Positions 25,876-64,000 of a stretch of 64,000 nucleotides of DNA are shown piece by piece (positions within the stretch are counted from its first letter, which is position 1; every line of letters starts with the position of its first letter). The notes under the pieces are model-generated. The model was not told where the DNA came from. It made no database searches and saw nothing but the letters and a program-made list of their open reading frames with translations. Source of the DNA: Ostrea edulis (lineage: Eukaryota); NCBI RefSeq assembly GCF_947568905.1, contig NC_079164.1, positions 88,040,001 to 88,104,000 of the forward strand. Direction: 5' to 3'. The translations under genes and the position numbers were made by a program.

Positions 25876-26241
25876 TGGAACAGGAAGGGAGAAAATGCAA
25901 CGGACCAGACTGGGATTTGAACCCGGGCCCCCTGAATCTCTAGTCAGGTGCTCTACCGACTGAGCTATCTGGCCACCGGCATTCGAACTCGGCTGACCGC
26001 TACATTCCTCCCTCCTCAAATGTCTTCACACCCTGAAGACATCAACCCAGGATCTTTATCCTCTGGCAGGCATTTTCACCTGTCAGTTCCAGGGATTGGT
26101 CACGGCACCAAATGTAGCAGGAAGGGAGAAAATGCAACGGACCAGACCGGGATTCGAACCCGGGCCCCCTGAATCTGTAGTCAGGTGCTCTACCAACTGA
26201 GCTATCTGGCCACTGGCGTTCGATCTCGGCTGACAGCTACA
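25876..26241 (-). mobile_element. TRIM (miniature LTR retrotransposon) with a tRNA-like sequence in each LTR
   Basis: Two 129-bp LTRs (25876-26004, 26113-26241; 10 mismatches), TGTAGC..GCTACA ends, PBS TGGTGCCGTGACC at 26110-26098, PPT GAGGAGGGAGGAA at 26017-26005, 4-bp TSD CAGT. Confidence 0.9.
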
Positions 26242-28191
26242 CAGTTAAGACCCAACAATAACTCCAATGAGTGAGTGTTCAATAGTAAAAAAAATTTTGA
26301 AAACTGCACCCACCTACTGTGTATTGCACTGTACAATTATTACTTTTCTGCAGCCCTAAATTACCTAGGGCCATTGTCTGGTCTACATAAGACTGTCAGC
26401 ATTGACGAACTCGAGATTTCCAGTCGCACATGCTGACTGAATTGATAGTGTGACTGAATAAACAAACAGGTGACAAAAGAAAATACAAGACGCATATTGC
26501 GATCAAATTATTGCAAACCGGATTTCTTTTTGCCACTTTTGAATTTTGCCATTAGCAAAAATGGCAAAGCCCAGCTGGTGAAATTAGATCTGCATTTCAG
26601 TTGTCTTGGTCAGGCGATACTGGCCAGCATGTAAAGAAAATCTTTTCATGGGATATGATTCATGATGATGTGTACAAATCGCATATTTTCATGGTTTTAA
26701 CATTTTTCCTATTTGAGAAGCACTTAAATTCAAGGATAAGGAGTCTTGGAAAATCGGTGATTTTACAGCAAAAACCATTAGTTGACTAGTGAATGATGTG
26801 GGTTCCTCAATAGATATACCAACAGTAAAGTTCAATACTTCACATGTACTTCAAGTTTATGTAAAGGAGATCCCTATTCATTTCTCTTTTCAAACATAGG
26901 TTGGGCATTTTCATGGTGGCTGCTAATTTCATTCAAATTTATTTTCATGGTGGCTGCTAATTTCATTCAAATTTTTCTCTGACAGGTTGAAAAACTTTTT
27001 TTGCTTCTAAGCAGAAACTTCTTGCATCCAAGTCCATCAGTGGGCTACAAGTTCTCCAACTGATAATGAGAGAATCTGTCGTGGTTGAAGACTGCATAAA
27101 CATACCCTTTATACACTTTTGATCAATAATTATGCAATCATAATTTGAGATCTTCAATTTCTCAATGAAATTTGACCACATAACAATGCATTTTAAATAT
27201 TTATTTTAACACTACAGACAAGCAATATTGCACAATATTCCAATATCACAGACAAATATTGTTCACATAAATACTAACATGCATGTACAAGTTCATACTG
27301 TATTATGCAGACTGGAAATACAATTGGCATCATTTCTTTTTATTTTATGGTGACGTGCATCTTTTACATTTAAAATTCTTTTAATTTTTACTATATGTCT
27401 TTAATGCAAAGAAGAAATTCAAAGCAGTTGTAAAGATAATTTCTTTAAAACAAGTTGACGAAAGTTGGTGAAATATTGCCATTAGTTCTGTGTTTTACAT
27501 AAACAGTAACAACTTTCTCTCAAGTTTTCAAAAAGAATTGGTAGATTATATAGTACTCTATTTTTCAAACAGCTGTTCAAATGTTTATCAATAAAAAACA
27601 AGAACGAGAGTGGTAAATGTAAAACCAGATCATAACATTGAAGTTTTGTATCATTTAACTCTGATGTACTAAAGAAAAGAAGGTATGGTCCCCTATAACT
27701 TACATTATTTAAATTCTTATTGACTACATTGGTAATTTATTACTGTAATAACTAATAAGTTGTGTACTGAGAGTTTATCATTCATTGCATTGAACATTGA
27801 TTTCTGTTGTTTTCGAGGTCTGAGCAAGATCATGAAATTATGACAATGGAAAAATATAAGTTAGCTGTTTAAAAATGTACATAATACAGTGTACGTACAT
27901 TGTTATTGTATTTTTGGCAAAACCATGGAATTTCATGCCTATGAAAATTATGAAACAAGGATATATTTCAAATAAAACTGCATCATAAAACCACACACAA
28001 GTACTCAAAAAATAAAATAATCGTCCTCTCACTGATTGTTATGGGACTTCACTTGCACTTCAGAAGGTACAATATATATTATACAAGAAAATAAATAAAA
28101 TTAACTTTCACATTAAAAAAAACTATCAACATCAACTGGCATTGTTAAGTGCAAACCTAAAATAACTCCTTAAAGTATGATGTAAATCACT

Positions 28192-28745
28192 AACTAGATC
28201 TGTCTTAATAGGACTATAATAACTTCCTTGGGGCTCATCCATATTGGGGTATATTTAAAATGTATAGCTGAAGACCGGAGTTCTTAGGAGATTATTTGTT
28301 TCATCTGAATAAAACTTGCAGGATACCCTAAATTCCTTTGACCTAGATATTTATAAATAATCATGGTGTAACAAGTACAAATTGTTAGAAAAATTTTAAG
28401 CACTAGTCTCTTAGAAAATCATGTCCACAGACAGGTGGACAGACTTAAAAATGCAATTCCATGATACTTCATCCTAAATTAGTCTCTGTGAGAGAACATG
28501 TCGTTATGAAATCTTGAACAATAAGTTGGGGGAAAAAACGACTAAAATGAAAAAAAATTGTCCAATCATGATTAAAATATCAGGTGCACATCTTTATATG
28601 GTGAACAAAGAGTGTATGCATTTTCAGAAAAATCAACACACTAAACTTGTCATGTGTGGACAAAATCCGTGTTGAAAGACCAGACAGACTGATTCCAATA
28701 CCCCCCCCCCCCCCCCCCCCACTTCATTTGCAGAAGGTGTAATAA
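28192..28745 (-). mobile_element. HINE-like element in or near the PI4KA 3' UTR
   Basis: AACTAGATCTGTCTTAATAGGACTA start, GACAGACA microsatellite, poly-C hairpin end. Confidence 0.55.
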
Positions 28746-29081
28746 ATTTATGAATAATTGAAGTGAAGCGTATAGCACTGCATTAACATAATAAACAAAG
28801 TTCAATGTTTATATAAACATATTTACAAAAGAAAAGCAATTCAAGTGACTAAATAGTCTAGTGATAGACAGTAATTGTGACATCTATCCATTGGAATGTT
28901 CTATAACAAATTTAAGTGTACCCTTGTACTTTGTGGTCATCATTCTACTGCAACCCCTATCTACATGTACAATCATGTGTAAAGGTCTCTCTCATGTAAT
29001 GCTGAGATAAAAGTTCCCCTCGTTCCTATGAAGCTCCTCGGTGAGACAGCTGTAAATGCCCTGCTACAACGGGTTGACTTC

Positions 29082-63953
<34,872 letters not shown>

Positions 63954-64000
63954 CTGATGAGATTAAAATTAAATCTGGTTATCTTGTGTTACTGAATATA

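Noticed and set aside
26140-26211. Functional tRNA gene (also 25903-25974, 45330-45400, 61893-61965)
   Set aside because: The LTR copies have 8-nt anticodon loops and lie inside a TRIM; the others are SINE heads with body, tail and TSD.

Overview
AT-rich, intron-rich animal genomic DNA, probably from a bivalve (oyster-like; inferred from the repeat families). Two multi-exon genes converge tail-to-tail. On + is the 3' part of a KIF12-like kinesin (about 6.2-25.3 kb; the P-loop half of the motor is not in the window). On - is the 3' part of phosphatidylinositol 4-kinase alpha, PI4KA (16 exons, 63953 down to the stop at 29082). I traced all exons by hand and checked GT/AG boundaries and phase continuity. 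Introns are packed with non-autonomous TIR elements, Helentron/HINE-like elements, tRNA-SINEs and minisatellites. Main observations: (1) at least 8 intronic minisatellites are built from copies of the adjacent exon-intron junction, giving up to about 32 decoy splice sites each, most of which lead to a stop or frameshift if used; (2) a 1.6-kb, 540-codon disordered exon is phase-compatible with splicing into the middle of the kinesin motor; (3) a complete 366-bp TRIM carries a tRNA cloverleaf inside each LTR; (4) a decayed duplicate of the PI4KA catalytic-loop exon lies in the next intron; (5) there are candidate microexons and several alternative kinesin C-termini. No database searches or RNA data were available, so family names rest on recalled motifs.
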